DNA of 62,420 nucleotides, filler included, from It is 6 parts of 6 records of this genome, joined end to end, with 100 filler letters (N's around TTAATTAATTAA, not from the genome) between each part and the next. Parts side by side here need not be neighbours in the genome. Positions count along the whole stretch, not along the records: positions 54,385 to 62,420 come from SRR31147125_30432; 5 more parts are not named here. One strand, 5' to 3'. Shown piece by piece: positions 60,308 to 62,420 of this stretch (position 1 is its first letter; each line of letters starts with the position of its first letter). The notes under the pieces were generated by a model. It saw only the letters and a program-made list of their open reading frames with translations, ran no database searches and was not told where the DNA came from. The position numbers and the translations under genes were made by a program.

Positions 60308-61303
60308 ATGGCAAGTATGGATGATGTTGCGAAGCGTGCTGGAGTTTCAATCGCCACTGTCTCAAGGGTGTTAAATAATAATGGTAAGGTAAATGAAGCC
60401 ACCAGGGCACGAATTTTAAAAGCTATTAGAGATCTCAAATATCAGCCAAGCAGGGTTGCTAAAAGATTGCGATCAAAAAGTGTTTCAAGTAATTTAATTG
60501 GAGTACTGATTCCAGATATTCAAAACCCATTTTATATTGATGTGTTGGAAGGTTTAGAGGAAGTTGCTTACAATAATAACTACGCGCTTATCATGTGCAA
60601 CTTTGGTCAGGATGAAAAGAAGGAAAAGCTGTATTTGGAAATACTTCAGTCGGAAGGGATTGATGGGTTGATTGCAGCTCCTGCCAGTGAAAATGATTTG
60701 CCATTAAAAAAAATAGTAAAAGATGGTTTGCCAGTTGTTTGTGTTGACCGAGGATTGGCAAATACGGATGTTGATGTGGTTTTAATCGACAATTATAAAG
60801 GAGCATATAATGCGGTTGATTATTTGGCAAAACAGGGGTATAAAAGAATTGCCCATATTACCGGAAAACTTACAATTCCATCAAGTAAAGAAAGAGAAAG
60901 AGGCTACAGGCAGGCTTTAATAGATAATGGGTTGGAGGTGTCAGAAGCTTTAATTAAACATGGTGACTCTAAATTACCAAGTGGTGTTAAGCTTGGCGGT
61001 GAGCTTTTAGATTTGCCTGAGCCACCGGATGCAATATTTACTGGTAATAACCTGATTACTTTTGGGGCATTGGAAGTTATACATACCAGAAAGCTTAATA
61101 TTCCAGATGAAGTAGCTGTTCTTGGTTTTGATGATATGTCATGGGCAAGTTCGCTTAATCCTCCCTTAACAGCAGTGAGGCAGCCAGCCTATGAGATTGG
61201 GAAACGAGCCGGCGAGTTGTTGATCCAGCGAATTAATGAGCCGGAAAGGCCTAGTATTCAGATGGTTCTAAATGCTGAGTTGATAGAGCGCAAGTCAACT
61301 TGA
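60308..61303 (+). CDS. LacI-family transcriptional regulator
   Basis: MDDVAKRAGVSIATVSRVLN HTH, NPFY, GFDD, PPLTAVRQP. Confidence 0.96.
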   Translation: MASMDDVAKRAGVSIATVSRVLNNNGKVNEATRARILKAIRDLKYQPSRVAKRLRSKSVSSNLIGVLIPDIQNPFYIDVLEGLEEVAYNNNYALIMCNFGQDEKKEKLYLEILQSEGIDGLIAAPASENDLPLKKIVKDGLPVVCVDRGLANTDVDVVLIDNYKGAYNAVDYLAKQGYKRIAHITGKLTIPSSKERERGYRQALIDNGLEVSEALIKHGDSKLPSGVKLGGELLDLPEPPDAIFTGNNLITFGALEVIHTRKLNIPDEVAVLGFDDMSWASSLNPPLTAVRQPAYEIGKRAGELLIQRINEPERPSIQMVLNAELIERKST

Positions 61304-61343
61304 TTGATGGTTTAATTTGACAATATTGTCATTGCAAAGATGA

Positions 61344-61934
61344 ATGATGAATCAGCTAGATTGGAAAAAAATAAAATCAGGAGATAAGGAAGCATTTCGT
61401 ATGTTTTTTGATGAATATTATTCTGCCTTATGTCTCTATGCTAATTCCATTCTAAAAGACCTTCAATTATCTCAAGATATTGTTAGTGATTGTTTTATAA
61501 AAATATGGGAGAGAAGGGGGAGTATTGAAATAGATTCTTCTGTTAAGAATTATTTGCTTTACACTGTAAGAAATGAAATTTATAGTTATTTAAGATCACC
61601 GGAAAGCCGCAAAACAGATGTGAATTCAGTTATTGATCGAATTGAAAGTATTCCAATTGAAGAGTACGATTTGGAAAACGAAAGTAAAATTCAAATGGTT
61701 AATCAAGTTATAGATGAATTGCCAGACCAACGTAAAAGAATATTGAAATTGGCTGTATTTAATGGAAAGTCCTATAAGGAAATTGCTGAAATGTTGAATA
61801 TCTCAGTCAATACGGTTAATACACAAATGTCTAGAGCTTATCGTTTTATGCGTTTGAAATTAACAGCGGAAGATATCGTTTTATATTTTATTCTAAAAAA
61901 ATTCAAAAAATTTGATTTTTCTGTCACTGAATAA
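61344..61934 (+). CDS. ECF sigma factor (Bacteroidota FecI-like)
   Basis: GDKEAF, DIVSDCFIKIWE, LPDQRKRI, KSYKEIAEMLNISVNTV. Confidence 0.93.
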   Translation: MMNQLDWKKIKSGDKEAFRMFFDEYYSALCLYANSILKDLQLSQDIVSDCFIKIWERRGSIEIDSSVKNYLLYTVRNEIYSYLRSPESRKTDVNSVIDRIESIPIEEYDLENESKIQMVNQVIDELPDQRKRILKLAVFNGKSYKEIAEMLNISVNTVNTQMSRAYRFMRLKLTAEDIVLYFILKKFKKFDFSVTE

Positions 61935-61974
61935 ATAAACTCCTGCGTCCTATATGTACACATAGAAGTGATTC

Positions 61975-62420
61975 ATGAATATAAAGGACAGCAGTAAGAT
62001 TTGGGAACTAAGTATTAAAAAGCTTTATAGTAGTTTAGCTCCTGATGAAGAAAGAGAATTTTCTAAATTGATAGAAAATGATAAGTCGCCCAATACTTTA
62101 CTTGAACTAAAACAACTCCATTCAAAAGTTATTAATGGTTTTCTTGTTCGTAAAATTGATAAGGAAAAGAACTGGAAGTACATTAATAATCAAATTAGTA
62201 CTACTGCTCCAGTTCGGAAACTATTCTTAAACCTCTCAAAATATGCAGCCGTATTTGTAGTTGCACTGTTAATTGGTGTAATTGCATCAAATCTTTCTAC
62301 ATTTAATTTTAGCAAAACTTCTTATAATAAAATTGAGTTAGAGTGGGGGCAAATGAGTAAAATGACTTTGTCTGACGGAACTGAAGTTTGGTTAAACGCA
62401 GGGTCTGTATTTGAATACCC
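61975..62420 (+). CDS. FecR-family anti-sigma factor (3'-truncated)
   Basis: KYAAVFVVALLIG TM then GQMSKMTLSDGTEVWLNAGS; follows ECF sigma. Confidence 0.9.
   Translation, partial: MNIKDSSKIWELSIKKLYSSLAPDEEREFSKLIENDKSPNTLLELKQLHSKVINGFLVRKIDKEKNWKYINNQISTTAPVRKLFLNLSKYAAVFVVALLIGVIASNLSTFNFSKTSYNKIELEWGQMSKMTLSDGTEVWLNAGSVFEY

Overview
This window is six unrelated contig fragments joined by 100-bp artificial linkers (N44-TTAATTAATTAA-N44 at 18233-18332, 32307-32406, 39134-39233, 48267-48366 and 54285-54384), so gene neighbourhood means nothing across a linker. Lineage calls are inferences from gene content and composition. (1) 1-18232 is low-GC and Acholeplasmatales/Izemoplasmatales-like, using code 11. 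It holds an ABC exporter pair, csp, Fic, cvfB, proS, a V/A-type ATPase operon, arsC, yidD, an EF-G paralogue, a ComFC-like remnant and the start of hpf. (2) 18333-32306 is Bacteroidota (Prolixibacteraceae-like): a DUF5060-type protein, M6 protease with P-domains, hybrid two-component system, sulfatase, 7TM histidine kinase and S46 peptidase. (3) 32407-39133 is a Bacteroidota sulfated-fucan-type locus (sulfatase, two GH29) interrupted by a solo HUH/Y1 tnpA between two direct copies of a six-hairpin cassette. A second REPIN-like family lies about 2 kb away. (4) 39234-48266 is probably a spirochaete. It encodes a 5'-truncated protein with motif-by-motif resemblance to anthrax protective antigen/binary toxin B, then a TolC-MacAB-type exporter and a NarL-type two-component pair. 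(5) 48367-54284 is Desulfobacteraceae-like: pyrF, lysC, tsaE, nnr and a radical SAM gene. (6) 54385-62420 is a Bacteroidota pectin locus (GH28, GH105, LacI with two operators, ECF sigma/FecR). Eight genes carry apparent single-base-deletion frameshifts, most in homopolymers and most likely sequencing errors. The best candidates for novelty are the PA-like pore-former and the tnpA/hairpin-cassette system. All family calls come from motif recognition by eye; no searches were run.
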